From the NCBI GenBank assembly GCA_964550635.1, contig CAZJZV010000007.1, positions 5,722 to 69,721 of the forward strand: 64,000 bases of DNA, read 5' to 3'. The DNA is from an uncultured Bacteroidaceae bacterium. Lineage in GTDB: Bacteria > Bacillota > Clostridia > Christensenellales > CAG-917. Positions 28,222 through 37,938 of this stretch are shown here, in pieces. Numbering within the stretch: the first letter of the stretch is position 1; each line of letters begins with the position of its first letter. Below the pieces are notes generated by a model. That model saw nothing but the letters and a program-made list of their open reading frames with translations, was not told where the DNA came from and ran no database searches. The translations under genes were made by a program, and so were the position numbers.

Positions 28222-28982
28222 CGCACTTTCTCCCATATGGTTTTCATGATTGCAACGACACCCTCCAAAACGAAACTGAAGGTTATCGCAACAAGCGTCC
28301 AAGCAAGCAAATACGCAACGTCGCCGGTCGCGTATACGGTCTGAATTTTGTCCCCTATCGTGTTTGCGACAGAGCATAAAATCTCCGCCGCCACCACCAC
28401 TTTCAAGGTCAGTGAAATAGTGGATTTGCTCGTGTCGAAAAGCACCGTCGCTATGCAAGGCAGATATATGGATTTCACCTTGTCCGCCGTGCGCACGCCG
28501 TACAAGTCAGCCATTTCGATAAGGTCCTTATCCACCCCGGTTATAGCGGTGTAGAAAGCGGAGTACATCACGGGAAATGCAATCAAAAATCCGACTACTA
28601 CGCTCATCGCTTTGTTGGACATAACCGCGTACAACACGAGAATTACCGCAACAGTCGGAGCGGAGCGCAGGAATGCGACTATCGGGGACACGACTTTGTG
28701 TAGCGGTCTGAAAATTCCGCCGAGCGCGGCAAGTAGCAACGCAAACGCAAAGGACAGAGCGAAACTCTCAATCGTGCGCAAAATCGTCCAACCTACGCTC
28801 ACCCAAAATCCGCGGGAAGCGCCGAGCGTGAAGAATTTTTCAAGCACAACGCTTGGCATGGGCAGGACGAAAGGATTGTTTTTCACCTTCCCGACAATAG
28901 CCCAAATCCCCAAGATTAGCCCGCAGGCAATCAAGGGGTACAGGACGTTTTCCGCGATTTTTTTGACCACTTCTCTTTTCAT
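28218..28982 (-). CDS. ABC transporter permease (SsuC/TauC-like)
   Basis: Multiple TM helices; GVDKDLIEMADLYG EAA-like loop; VVVAAE. Confidence 0.9.
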   Translation of the reverse strand: MKREVVKKIAENVLYPLIACGLILGIWAIVGKVKNNPFVLPMPSVVLEKFFTLGASRGFWVSVGWTILRTIESFALSFAFALLLAALGGIFRPLHKVVSPIVAFLRSAPTVAVILVLYAVMSNKAMSVVVGFLIAFPVMYSAFYTAITGVDKDLIEMADLYGVRTADKVKSIYLPCIATVLFDTSKSTISLTLKVVVAAEILCSVANTIGDKIQTVYATGDVAYLLAWTLVAITFSFVLEGVVAIMKTIWEKVR

Positions 28983-29996
28983 TTAGCCAATATCTTCAAG
29001 GGTGATACCGTTTGCCTTCATCACGTAGCGGAATACAAGACCGGGGGTTGCGGACTTACCGATACAGGCAATCTTCTTTCCGACAAGGTCGCCGAAAGAG
29101 ATTTCACCGCCGTCCGCCGTATTGCCGACCATATAAAGACTTCCGTCCACCGCCACACTGACAAGCTTATAATCCTTGCCTTGACGAATCAAGTTTGCAC
29201 CCGCATTGACGGGCATGATGACTATATCGCTCTTTCCCGCCGCCATTTCGCTTGCGATATTGGACGGAGAAACCACTTCGTATTCAACGGTTTTGCCGTT
29301 TATTTTTTGGTTGTTGGTCGCAAGTGTGAGCATTGCAAGTGCGGGAGTGCCTTCGGGTGCGGAAAAACGAAGATTATCGTTTGCGATCGACGAAACCGCG
29401 TTGAAGAGTTTATCACTGCAAGCGTCCCAATCTATCGCATTGTTTTCCGCGTCTTTGGGCATAACGTTTTTCAAGAAAGTAAGCACGTCCGCGCGACCGT
29501 TTTCATCGAGTTTAGTGCCGTTGATTGCGCAACGCGGCACCGCAACCGCGGGGAAAACCGCGCTTTCATACAACTTTTTCGCTTCCGTCGTAACGTTTGC
29601 TTTGTTGTCCGCCACCCATTCTTTGTTTTGTTGGAGAGCGGTGAAAAGTGCGTTCATAAAACTTTCGTCCCCCGCAAGAGTAGACTTGACGAAGATACCC
29701 GCTTGCGGATAGTTGCTAGCACCGCTTTTCTCTGCGTACGCCGTTTGCATATCGAGTTCCGCATTGAGAGAAAGTCTGTTCTTCTGCGCGCTTGCCGCAG
29801 GCTCGCCGACTACGATGAAATCAACCTTTCCGCTCGAAAGCAAGGTCGCCGCCTGATTGCCGTCCGCAACGTACTGCACGTATGCAGTGCCAATGGGGTT
29901 TTCGGGTTGTTCCGTGTTGTCGTCGTTGCAAGCGACGAAACTTATAGCGCACGCACATAGCACGAGCGCAAGCATTATGGATAAGAATTTTTTCAT
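28983..29996 (-). CDS. ABC substrate-binding lipoprotein (NMT1/SsuA-like class II fold), apparently permuted
   Basis: Lipobox FVAC; GEP and YPQAG motifs precede APEGTPALA, DIVIMP and DLVGKKI motifs. Confidence 0.8.
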   Translation of the reverse strand: MKKFLSIMLALVLCACAISFVACNDDNTEQPENPIGTAYVQYVADGNQAATLLSSGKVDFIVVGEPAASAQKNRLSLNAELDMQTAYAEKSGASNYPQAGIFVKSTLAGDESFMNALFTALQQNKEWVADNKANVTTEAKKLYESAVFPAVAVPRCAINGTKLDENGRADVLTFLKNVMPKDAENNAIDWDACSDKLFNAVSSIANDNLRFSAPEGTPALAMLTLATNNQKINGKTVEYEVVSPSNIASEMAAGKSDIVIMPVNAGANLIRQGKDYKLVSVAVDGSLYMVGNTADGGEISFGDLVGKKIACIGKSATPGLVFRYVMKANGITLEDIG

Positions 29997-30004
29997 AATT
30001 TCTC

Positions 30005-30253
30005 CTATTCGATTTCAACCGAAGTCATTGCGGATTTCACCGACACTTCGGGGAATTTTCCGAGTCTACCGGTGAGTGCCGAGATACGCTCAACACTCCC
30101 TTCGACGATGAGCGCAATGGTATTGACGCCGCCGCGCGGTACGCCCATTCTGCCGACGATGATATCGCCGAATTCACTCAACACTTTTTGCAGTTCGACG
30201 GACACGCTTCTGTCCCCCGAAACAACCATACCTACAACACCTATTCTTTTCAT
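30005..30253 (-). CDS. TM1266-family ACT-like regulator (iron-only hydrogenase system regulator family)
   Basis: RIGVVGMVV..LSEFGDIIVGRMGVP..ISALTGRLGK.PEVSVK; GAGG RBS. Confidence 0.8.
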   Translation of the reverse strand: MKRIGVVGMVVSGDRSVSVELQKVLSEFGDIIVGRMGVPRGGVNTIALIVEGSVERISALTGRLGKFPEVSVKSAMTSVEIE

Positions 30254-30267
30254 AGAAACCTCACTAT

Positions 30268-30399
30268 AAACGAAAAGCCACCGCATAAAACGGTGGCATA
30301 GAAAAATCGTAATCATTCTTATTCACGCCGTCTTACACTCCGAATGCTCATCGTTTGGGATTGCGGATATATGATATTATATTATTGGGATATTGTCAA
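30268..30399 (-). promoter_or_regulatory. Promoter plus attenuator-like 5' leader
   Basis: TTGACA-17 bp-TATCAT (30399-30371), a leader of about 110 nt, and terminator GCCACCG-7 nt-CGGTGGC-TTTTCGTTT before the RBS. Confidence 0.6.
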
Positions 30400-30412
30400 G
30401 CGAACGACGGAC

Positions 30413-31249
30413 TCACCAAGCGTTAGACTCAGTCACGCAGTGTTGGTGCATAGGCGCTTCGACGAAGAAACCTTCCGCCTGTTTGACTCCCGCCTGTACG
30501 CCCATACGATTTGCACGAAGCGCAAGATAGAGTGCCTGTCCTTCGGCAAGCGCGGGGGACATTTGCGATGCGTGGCATTTCATGAGTTCGACTTGTTTCA
30601 CTTGGTCGTCGTCGGTGAATTCCACAAAGGTATTCGCGCGGTGGGTGTAGTAGTACGCAATCACGTGATTTGCCTTGATCTTTTCGGGATCGAGTTTCAG
30701 TCCGTTGCGATCTGCGACGATACGATAACTCGAGATGAAAAGAGCGGTATTCGTTGCACGTCCGCACTTCAAGTGGTCGGGGTGCGTTTCGGTGGGAAGA
30801 TGGGGGTCGGGACAGAAGATGACGTCAGGAGCGTATTCGTAAATCACTCTGCCGATTTCAACCGCAAGGTCTTGCTCGGAATATGGTCCGCCGTCCTCGA
30901 AATTAAGACGTTCAAATTCGACGTTTCCGTTCGTATTCAAGGTTGAAACCGCCTTTTTGCACTCATTAAGTCTTGTTTCTGCGACTTGCTCCGCAGTTAT
31001 CGCGGGATCCGCAGTGCCTGCTCCGCCGTCCGTGCAAACGAGCATTTTGATGCTTTTGCCCATGCGTGCAAGTTTGACGAGAGTTGCGCCCGCGCCTATT
31101 TCTATATCATCGGGGTGCGGTCCGATGAACAAAAATTTCTTGCCCTTTTCGACGTCGGGAAGGGGTGCGATGAGTTGCAACAATCTGTCGTCTTTGAGCA
31201 TTTTGTCAATGCCTTCAACGACCTTCTTTTTGAGTTTGAAGAGTGCCAT
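30413..31249 (-). CDS. PIG-L/LmbE family deacetylase
   Basis: GPHPDDIE, TDGGAG, HPDH motifs. Confidence 0.9.
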   Translation of the reverse strand: MALFKLKKKVVEGIDKMLKDDRLLQLIAPLPDVEKGKKFLFIGPHPDDIEIGAGATLVKLARMGKSIKMLVCTDGGAGTADPAITAEQVAETRLNECKKAVSTLNTNGNVEFERLNFEDGGPYSEQDLAVEIGRVIYEYAPDVIFCPDPHLPTETHPDHLKCGRATNTALFISSYRIVADRNGLKLDPEKIKANHVIAYYYTHRANTFVEFTDDDQVKQVELMKCHASQMSPALAEGQALYLALRANRMGVQAGVKQAEGFFVEAPMHQHCVTESNAW

Positions 31250-31259
31250 AATTTATCTC

Positions 31260-33017
31260 CTATTCCGCCTGCGGAGTCATAAGACTTGCGGCGTTTTCGA
31301 TTTTCTCAACGAGTGTATTATAATTCTCGTCCGCGAGTTTGACGGGGCTTTCTACCGCGACTTCGGCAAGAGCGTCGAATGCGTTTTCAAACAAGTAGTC
31401 GATATACCAATTTTTGAGGTCGGCTTTCACCGCGGGCAACACGAGTTCAAATTCTTCTTGCATCTTTTCTTTCGTGCCTTTCACTACTTCGCCATACCAA
31501 GAAGAAGTGAGCGTAGTGGGCACGGTCGCATTTTCATCCCCCGTGTAATATTTGACGAGAGTGCGCGCTGCGTCGCGGACGGTGTTGTATGCGCTATTGT
31601 CCCCCGCCGAATATTTTGTGTAAGCGTTTTTGAATATGGTGAGTGCCAATTCTTTTTGGAGCAACTCTCCGACTTTTTCGACGGTTACGCCGTCCCCCAA
31701 CACCTTTTCAGAGTCCCTTTGATTGACCGCGCTGCTCAAATAGATGAAGATAATTTCTTTCTCGTATGCGCCGTCGCTCTTGCTCGTAAACTCATCGAAA
31801 AGTTCTTTGGCTTTGTTCTTTGCCGCCGCGACTTGCTCGTTATATTTCGTCGGATTGCTATCTTTGAGATAGGGATTTACACCAAGCGCGAAAAGCGTCG
31901 CGCGGATTGCAAGCACAACGTTGTTTGTGTCGTTGTCTTTTACAACGTACTCTTCCCCCGAATTGACGGTGATGAAGTCCGCAATGGTCTGATATTCTTT
32001 CGTCGTACCTTCGAGATTTTTGGTCAGGACGGTTTCGGACACCACGTCGAACAAGTCGCAAATCGTGGGCAAATAGCCCGCCACCATATAGGCGGTATTC
32101 AAACAGTCGACAAAGGAATTGACGGTATCGTTTGCGAAAATCGCAACGCCCAAATTGTCGTTGACGAGTTTGAGAGCGGTATTGATTTTGCCGACTTCAA
32201 AGTCCGTCAAAACGCTTTCGAGTTCTTGCACCGACGAATTTACACCGTTGAGATAGGTCACGATTTCATCCATAGACACACCGCTCAACGTACCCGATGA
32301 AATTTTGCTCACGAAATTCTCATCCCCCGCGAGCAAATCCGCCGCCTTATAGGCAAATGAGAACAACGCTTTGAGTCCGTTCGACGCATTGTCGAGAGAA
32401 GTCGCAATATCGTTCTTTTTCGAGATTATCGACGACAAGGACGACAGGCTGTTGCCGCATTCTTCCTTGACTTCGACTGCGTTTGCACGAGCGGTCGCAC
32501 TGACGGGAATGGTATCTATTCTTGCAATCGTTCTCGTGAACACGCCGTCGGAATCGGTGACGAGTGCACGGGACAGATCGAATGCGATATTTTTCGCGTC
32601 GTCCGAAGTCACGCCGATTTCGCGCATAAGTTTTGCAAGGGCATTCAAGTCAAGTTCGTCCGCAAAGATTTTTGCGCCGTCGTCGGATTTAATGAAGTCG
32701 GTTGCTTTCGTAATTTTTGCAGTCTGCACACCGCTTGACTTCACCGCACCCACGACGAAATTCGTCCATTCGTAAGACAGAATATAATCACCACCGTTTT
32801 TGAGTGCGTATATCTGCTCGTCGTTCAGGAGTCCGCCCCAATTCGAATCCAGTCTGCCAAGGATAGCGACGGTGAGGTCGACGCAAGCGGAATTTCTCAA
32901 CTCCTGCTCTGACGGTCCCTCCTCTTTTTTATCCTTGTTGCAAGCGGAAAATCCCACCGCAAAAGTGGCTATCAAAAGGGCGCATAGGAAAATGACAAGC
33001 AATTTTTTTGTTTTCAT
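31260..33017 (-). CDS. Hypothetical lipoprotein (585 aa)
   Basis: Signal peptide with FSAC lipobox; appears mostly helical, no family recognised. Confidence 0.8.
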   Translation of the reverse strand: MKTKKLLVIFLCALLIATFAVGFSACNKDKKEEGPSEQELRNSACVDLTVAILGRLDSNWGGLLNDEQIYALKNGGDYILSYEWTNFVVGAVKSSGVQTAKITKATDFIKSDDGAKIFADELDLNALAKLMREIGVTSDDAKNIAFDLSRALVTDSDGVFTRTIARIDTIPVSATARANAVEVKEECGNSLSSLSSIISKKNDIATSLDNASNGLKALFSFAYKAADLLAGDENFVSKISSGTLSGVSMDEIVTYLNGVNSSVQELESVLTDFEVGKINTALKLVNDNLGVAIFANDTVNSFVDCLNTAYMVAGYLPTICDLFDVVSETVLTKNLEGTTKEYQTIADFITVNSGEEYVVKDNDTNNVVLAIRATLFALGVNPYLKDSNPTKYNEQVAAAKNKAKELFDEFTSKSDGAYEKEIIFIYLSSAVNQRDSEKVLGDGVTVEKVGELLQKELALTIFKNAYTKYSAGDNSAYNTVRDAARTLVKYYTGDENATVPTTLTSSWYGEVVKGTKEKMQEEFELVLPAVKADLKNWYIDYLFENAFDALAEVAVESPVKLADENYNTLVEKIENAASLMTPQAE

Positions 33018-33018
33018 A

Positions 33019-35433
33019 TTACTTTCTCAACATATTATATTTTCGTCTATATCCGAGCATCACGGGGAGCAGGACGTAGGCTACGGCAAGCACGCCGCCG
33101 GTCAGGGCGACCATACCCGCATCGTACATAAATTCAAAGTACAAGTCGAAGAGTCGGAGTGCGTTGATGAGAGATACGGTTATCGCAAGACTCATCGCAA
33201 AGGTCAATATATATGACGTAATTGCAGTAAAAGCACTCTTGCCCACTTCAAGACCTAGCAGTCCGTTTTTGGACATACCGGCGGAAAGCAGGGACGAGCG
33301 AGTCTTTTCGTCGTTCGGGAAGGACACGACCGCGGATGCTATCAACACGAGATAGGTGAGAATCATGAGTATGACCGCAAGCACCCCCACCAAGTCGAAT
33401 ACCGCCGCCATAGACTCCGCATCCCATTGATACATGACGAGTGCTTCGACGACGTAGTAATTCTTTTGCGAATAAACCTTTCTGATTTCGGTTGCGGTAT
33501 TTGCGGTGTCGTCCGAGATTGCGATGACCGTATCCGCATCCGTATCGAAATAAGTTTTGAGATTGTCAAGGGAGATGACGACGTAGTTGCCGCTGAAAAG
33601 CACGTGATGCACGATACCGCCCACGACTAGATCCGCCTTTTTCCCGTCCACATCGAAGGATACGACGTCCCCGACCTTATAGCCGTAAAGTTCGGAATAC
33701 GCCTTGTCGATGATGACGTAACCGTCCTCGTTCACGACTCTTCTGACGGTTGCCTCATCGGTGATATATTCAAAATCGACTATGTCCAGCGTTTCGGACG
33801 AGCCGAGCAGATTGACTTGTCTGACTTTATCCTGCGCCACCGTGACGTTGATTTGTTTCCAAACCATAGGCACGACTTTATTCACGCCTTGAACGTTTGC
33901 AATTCCGTCCGCACCTTCGCTATTCGCAATATCCGCAGGCACGTTCGTGACGAAGATTTTATTTTCAAATTCGGATAGATACCCGGTGAAAATCTCCGTC
34001 GTCAACGACCACGCCATAAACATCAAAGTCACGACCGCCATACCCGCCGTCAAAATCTGCAAGCCGAAATGACGATGACTTCTGCTCTCGAATTTGCCGA
34101 GCAAGGACGCTTTTGCGGTTTTCGCGCGGGAAAGTAATTTCGCAATTCCGCGGTAGATGAAAGGAATATCCATGACGAGCGTTATGAGAAGCAAAGGCAC
34201 GTTAACGATAGACAACACACCTTTCGTCGCGGGGACGGTATGTTCGACTATCACGGCGATAGCGGTGATGAGAGTCAAAATGATGGGGAATATGATTTTT
34301 GCAAGTCCATTCTTTCCGACCGCAAATTCGTTTTCTCTGACGGACGAACGGAACGCAAAGGATACTGGGAGCATAACGCCGAGCACCGCAAGCACGAATC
34401 CGATCGCCGCCGAGCCGAACAAGTTGAGCGGAGATACGCTGAATGACACAAGAGACGAGAGAATGAGTTTTGCAAGGAGTGCAAAAAGTCCGCCCGCAAA
34501 CACCGAGCCGGCCACCGCACCGATAAACGCAACGACCAAAACTTCCGCAAAGAACACGGCGAAGATTTGACGTTTCGTTGCGCCGACGACGGTGAGTTTT
34601 GCAATATACTTCCGTCTGTCCGCCACAGTCGTGAGAGAGATAAACGCTATGCACGCAACCGCAAGGAGCACGACTCCAAGTCCCGCAACTACAACAGGCG
34701 CGGCAAGCGAACTTGCCTGCGTTTCGATATATTGCATATCCTTTGCGTAGTCGACGATGAAGTCCTTATATTCGTCCATACCCTTCAAGGTAGCGATAAC
34801 TTCGTCGGGAGTGGCGGTTTTGATATAGACCTCGTTGTAGACGACGAATTCACCGCCGAGAAGACGAGCGACGCCCTCCGCTCTACACAGGATAATTTGC
34901 GGATCGGAGTTCAAAAAATATCCGTCGTTTTCCGCGATAGCGCACACGTAGAAAGTCCGTTTGCTATTGCCGTTTTCAAATTCGACCGCCTGACCGACTT
35001 TCAAATTGTTCTCGTCCGCAAAGGCGCGAGACACGACCACGTTGTCTACGTTGTTTTCAAGAAGGGTTATATCACCGTCGATGACGTTGATTTTTTGAAG
35101 TGCTTCCGCGCGCCCCTTATCGAACCCGCACATGCGCACGTATTCGCCGTTATATAGGCTATATAGCGACAAGGTCGGGACGACTTCGCCGACGCCTTGA
35201 ACGTGTTCGATTCCGTCCGCATTTATAATTCTGCCGCCCGACGAACTCGTGTTGATAATCACGGTACTTTCGCCCATATCGGCGGTTTTTATTGCGAAAA
35301 TGTATTCATAAACAAGCGTTTTGAACGAGAACATACAGAACAAAAGCGCAACCGCTATCGCAACGACGAGTATCGTAGCAGTGGTGCGCAAAGGTCTTGT
35401 CTTTATATTTCGTAACGCTAATTTGATTGCCAT
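33019..35433 (-). CDS. FtsX/MacB-like ABC permease (duplicated module)
   Basis: Two repeats of TM-extracellular domain-3TM; RR..IAKL.VVGAT..QI motif. Confidence 0.88.
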   Translation of the reverse strand: MAIKLALRNIKTRPLRTTATILVVAIAVALLFCMFSFKTLVYEYIFAIKTADMGESTVIINTSSSGGRIINADGIEHVQGVGEVVPTLSLYSLYNGEYVRMCGFDKGRAEALQKINVIDGDITLLENNVDNVVVSRAFADENNLKVGQAVEFENGNSKRTFYVCAIAENDGYFLNSDPQIILCRAEGVARLLGGEFVVYNEVYIKTATPDEVIATLKGMDEYKDFIVDYAKDMQYIETQASSLAAPVVVAGLGVVLLAVACIAFISLTTVADRRKYIAKLTVVGATKRQIFAVFFAEVLVVAFIGAVAGSVFAGGLFALLAKLILSSLVSFSVSPLNLFGSAAIGFVLAVLGVMLPVSFAFRSSVRENEFAVGKNGLAKIIFPIILTLITAIAVIVEHTVPATKGVLSIVNVPLLLITLVMDIPFIYRGIAKLLSRAKTAKASLLGKFESRSHRHFGLQILTAGMAVVTLMFMAWSLTTEIFTGYLSEFENKIFVTNVPADIANSEGADGIANVQGVNKVVPMVWKQINVTVAQDKVRQVNLLGSSETLDIVDFEYITDEATVRRVVNEDGYVIIDKAYSELYGYKVGDVVSFDVDGKKADLVVGGIVHHVLFSGNYVVISLDNLKTYFDTDADTVIAISDDTANTATEIRKVYSQKNYYVVEALVMYQWDAESMAAVFDLVGVLAVILMILTYLVLIASAVVSFPNDEKTRSSLLSAGMSKNGLLGLEVGKSAFTAITSYILTFAMSLAITVSLINALRLFDLYFEFMYDAGMVALTGGVLAVAYVLLPVMLGYRRKYNMLRK

Positions 35434-35434
35434 A

Positions 35435-36136
35435 CTATTTGATGAGTCCGTCTTCTATTCTGACTATTCTTGTCGCATATTTGGAGTGAGATTCGGAGTG
35501 AGTGACCATGACGAGAGCGACTTTTTTGGTCGCATTGATGTCTTTCAAAAGTTCCATAACCCCCGTACCGCGCTCGCGGTCAAGGCTACCCGTCGGCTCG
35601 TCAAGAAAAATCACTTCGGGGTTTGTCGCAAGGGCTCTTGCAATCGCGACGCGTTGTTGCTCACCACCCGAGAGTTGAGACGGATAGTTTCCGAGCCTTG
35701 AAGTTATGCCGAGATATTCCGCAAGGTCTTTCACTCTACCCGCGTATTCGCTTTCTTTTTGTTTGTCGAGCATAAGGGGAAGAACGATATTCTCGTAAGC
35801 CGTCAAATTGGGCACGAGATTGTCGTATTGATAAACGAAAGAAATCTTTCTCCTACGCATGCTCGCAAGCACGTCGTCGGATACGTCCGCAAGATTTACG
35901 CCGTCGATTTCAACGGTGCCGTCCGTGGGTTTGTCTATCCCTGCAAGTAGGTAAAGGAGAGTGGATTTGCCACTTCCCGACTCACCGACTATCGCGAGAA
36001 ATTCACCCTCTGCGACTTCGATTTCTATGCCTTTCAGCACGTCGGTTTCAACGCCGTCGTTGACGAATTTTTTCTTGATACCGCCACCTTTTACGACGAT
36101 GCGGTCGGTGTGGTTGGTTTCGTTCAAAATATCCAT
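35435..36136 (-). CDS. ABC ATP-binding protein (LolD/MacB-like)
   Basis: [35 protein letters not shown]. Start at ATG 36136 with GAGG RBS. Confidence 0.92.
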   Translation of the reverse strand: MDILNETNHTDRIVVKGGGIKKKFVNDGVETDVLKGIEIEVAEGEFLAIVGESGSGKSTLLYLLAGIDKPTDGTVEIDGVNLADVSDDVLASMRRRKISFVYQYDNLVPNLTAYENIVLPLMLDKQKESEYAGRVKDLAEYLGITSRLGNYPSQLSGGEQQRVAIARALATNPEVIFLDEPTGSLDRERGTGVMELLKDINATKKVALVMVTHSESHSKYATRIVRIEDGLIK

Positions 36137-36221
36137 TGTTACCTCAAAGCGTGCACACGAAACGCACGCGCGCCTGCACGACGACAAAAAAACCGCCGTA
36201 CAAACGAGTTTTCTCCCCTGT

Positions 36222-36309
36222 ATTATAACATACATATCCGCCACTCTCAAGAACTAATTTATTTATATTAAAAAATAATATTGCCCGCACGCGTGCGTGA
36301 TGGTATAAT
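36222..36309. promoter_or_regulatory. Divergent SigA promoters
   Basis: Minus: TTGAGA-17-TATAAT (36250-36222). Plus: TTGCCC-17-TATAAT (36281-36309). Confidence 0.6.
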
Positions 36310-36325
36310 GATTGCAGGTGATAAT

Positions 36326-37009
36326 ATGAAAACTGCAGCAATTACGATTTCGGCAATAACCGCAATATTCGTCGTTTTGACTCTCGTCTACGACAACAAA
36401 GGGGACGTCAACAAAAAGACTATCTTCAAAAGTTTGGCAAGTCTATGTTTTGTCGTGAGCGGAGCAATCGCATACTCCACCAATCCGACGAACACTTCCA
36501 CCTTGATTTTCTGCGCACTTGTCGCAGGACTCATCGGGGACGTACTTCTCGGTTACCGCTCCAAAAACGCAAAAATCCAAATGGCACTTGACGCGGGCGG
36601 TATGCTTGCGTTTATCGCGGGACACGTGCTTTTCATCACCGCATTCATTTTGCGCACGACGACTTTCAACTACGCACTGCTTGCTCTCGTCTTCGGACTT
36701 CCCGTCGTGGTCGTGATTTTGTTCATCGCAAAACTTCTCACCGCCGACAAACCTATTATGGCGGTAGGCGCACTCCTCTATTCCGCAGTCGCGGGCGCAT
36801 TCCTTGCAAGTGCGTGCAACCTTTATATGAGCGGAGCGACCGCCGTCACCAAAATGATATTGGCAGGTACGGTGCTATTTGCGGCAAGCGATTTGATACT
36901 TGCGTTTCTCAACTACAACAAGACCGTCAATCGCAAAGCGGTATTTCCGTTTGTTCTTGTCTTCTACTACGTAGGACAAAACCTTATTGCACTCTCGATG
37001 ATGATATGA
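36326..37009 (+). CDS. YhhN/lysoplasmalogenase family membrane protein
   Basis: K.LAS, GLIGDVLL, F.AGH, LFAASD..LA, YYVGQ.LIA motifs. Confidence 0.85.
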   Translation: MKTAAITISAITAIFVVLTLVYDNKGDVNKKTIFKSLASLCFVVSGAIAYSTNPTNTSTLIFCALVAGLIGDVLLGYRSKNAKIQMALDAGGMLAFIAGHVLFITAFILRTTTFNYALLALVFGLPVVVVILFIAKLLTADKPIMAVGALLYSAVAGAFLASACNLYMSGATAVTKMILAGTVLFAASDLILAFLNYNKTVNRKAVFPFVLVFYYVGQNLIALSMMI

Positions 37010-37578
37010 CGATAAACGATTTTCTCAACTCAAACGAAAAACCCCGTCTTCTTCTGCACGTATGTTGCGCGCCGTGTTTTTGCGGTTCGATCGAAAAACT
37101 GACCGAGCACTTCGACGTCACGGCTTTTTTCTACAATCCAAACATACAACCGAAAGAAGAGTTTATAAAGCGTGAAAATGCACTTAAAACATTGATTGAG
37201 CATTTTCCGTCCGTGAAATTGATTGTCCCCGAACAAGACGAAAGCGAATTTTTGACGGCAAGCAAAGGGCTTGAAAAAGAGCGCGAAGGGGGCTTGAGAT
37301 GCCCCGAATGTTTCAAATTGCGCCTATACAAAACGGCGGAATTTTTGGCGGAGCACAAAGACGAATACGACTATTTCGCAACCACTCTCACCGTCAGTCC
37401 GCACAAAAACGCACCCTTAATCAACGAGATAGGCCGTGCCGTCGCGAAGGAATTTTCAGTCGAATATCTCGACTCCGATTTCAAAAAACAAAACGGTTTT
37501 CTCCGCTCCGTCACCCTTGCAAAAGAACTTGATATCTACCGCCAAAACTTCTGCGGTTGCTCATTTTCGAGAGTATGA
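37006..37578 (+). CDS. queH: Epoxyqueuosine reductase QueH
   Basis: LLLHVCCAPC, FYNPNI, EGG.RC..CF.LRL, TTLTVSPHK, YRQNFCGC.FS. Confidence 0.92.
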   Translation: MTINDFLNSNEKPRLLLHVCCAPCFCGSIEKLTEHFDVTAFFYNPNIQPKEEFIKRENALKTLIEHFPSVKLIVPEQDESEFLTASKGLEKEREGGLRCPECFKLRLYKTAEFLAEHKDEYDYFATTLTVSPHKNAPLINEIGRAVAKEFSVEYLDSDFKKQNGFLRSVTLAKELDIYRQNFCGCSFSRV

Positions 37579-37595
37579 AAGCGGTGCGCTCCCGC

Positions 37596-37683
37596 GAGAT
37601 TCCCACGCTACGCTCGGAATGACAGAAAAAGTACGTGCCACCCCATTATGTCATTGCGAGGAGCAAAGCGACGTGGCAATCTC
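37596..37683. repeat. REP-like repeat family B, two divergent copies
   Basis: GAGATTCCCACGCTACGCTCGGAATGACAGA (37596-37626) and TGTCATTGCGAGGAGCAAAGCGACGTGGCAATCTC (37649-37683). Confidence 0.8.
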
Positions 37684-37711
37684 CTGCTAAGGCACCACTT
37701 AAACAATATAC

Positions 37712-37880
37712 TGATTTCCGCTTGGGGACAGGGATGAAAACTTATTTCTAAATCTATCACGAAAAAAAACAGTTTTTGAAAATTCCTATGAACAGTGGCT
37801 TTTCTTCTTTGATTTCCGCTTGGGGACGGGGATTAAAGCGGAAATCATTTCCTATTTTGTCCCCGTCCCCAAGCGGAAAT
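37712..37880. repeat. Orphan copies of the RAYT-flanking palindrome (family A)
   Basis: Half copy 37713-37740 and a full 69-bp imperfect palindrome 37812-37880 (ATTTCCGCTTGGGGACGGGGAT...CCCCGTCCCCAAGCGGAAAT). Confidence 0.85.
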
Positions 37881-37938
37881 GTTTCACTTCGGCTTTGCAA
37901 AAATATAACTCACTTTCTTTGATAAGGTACATTCCCAT

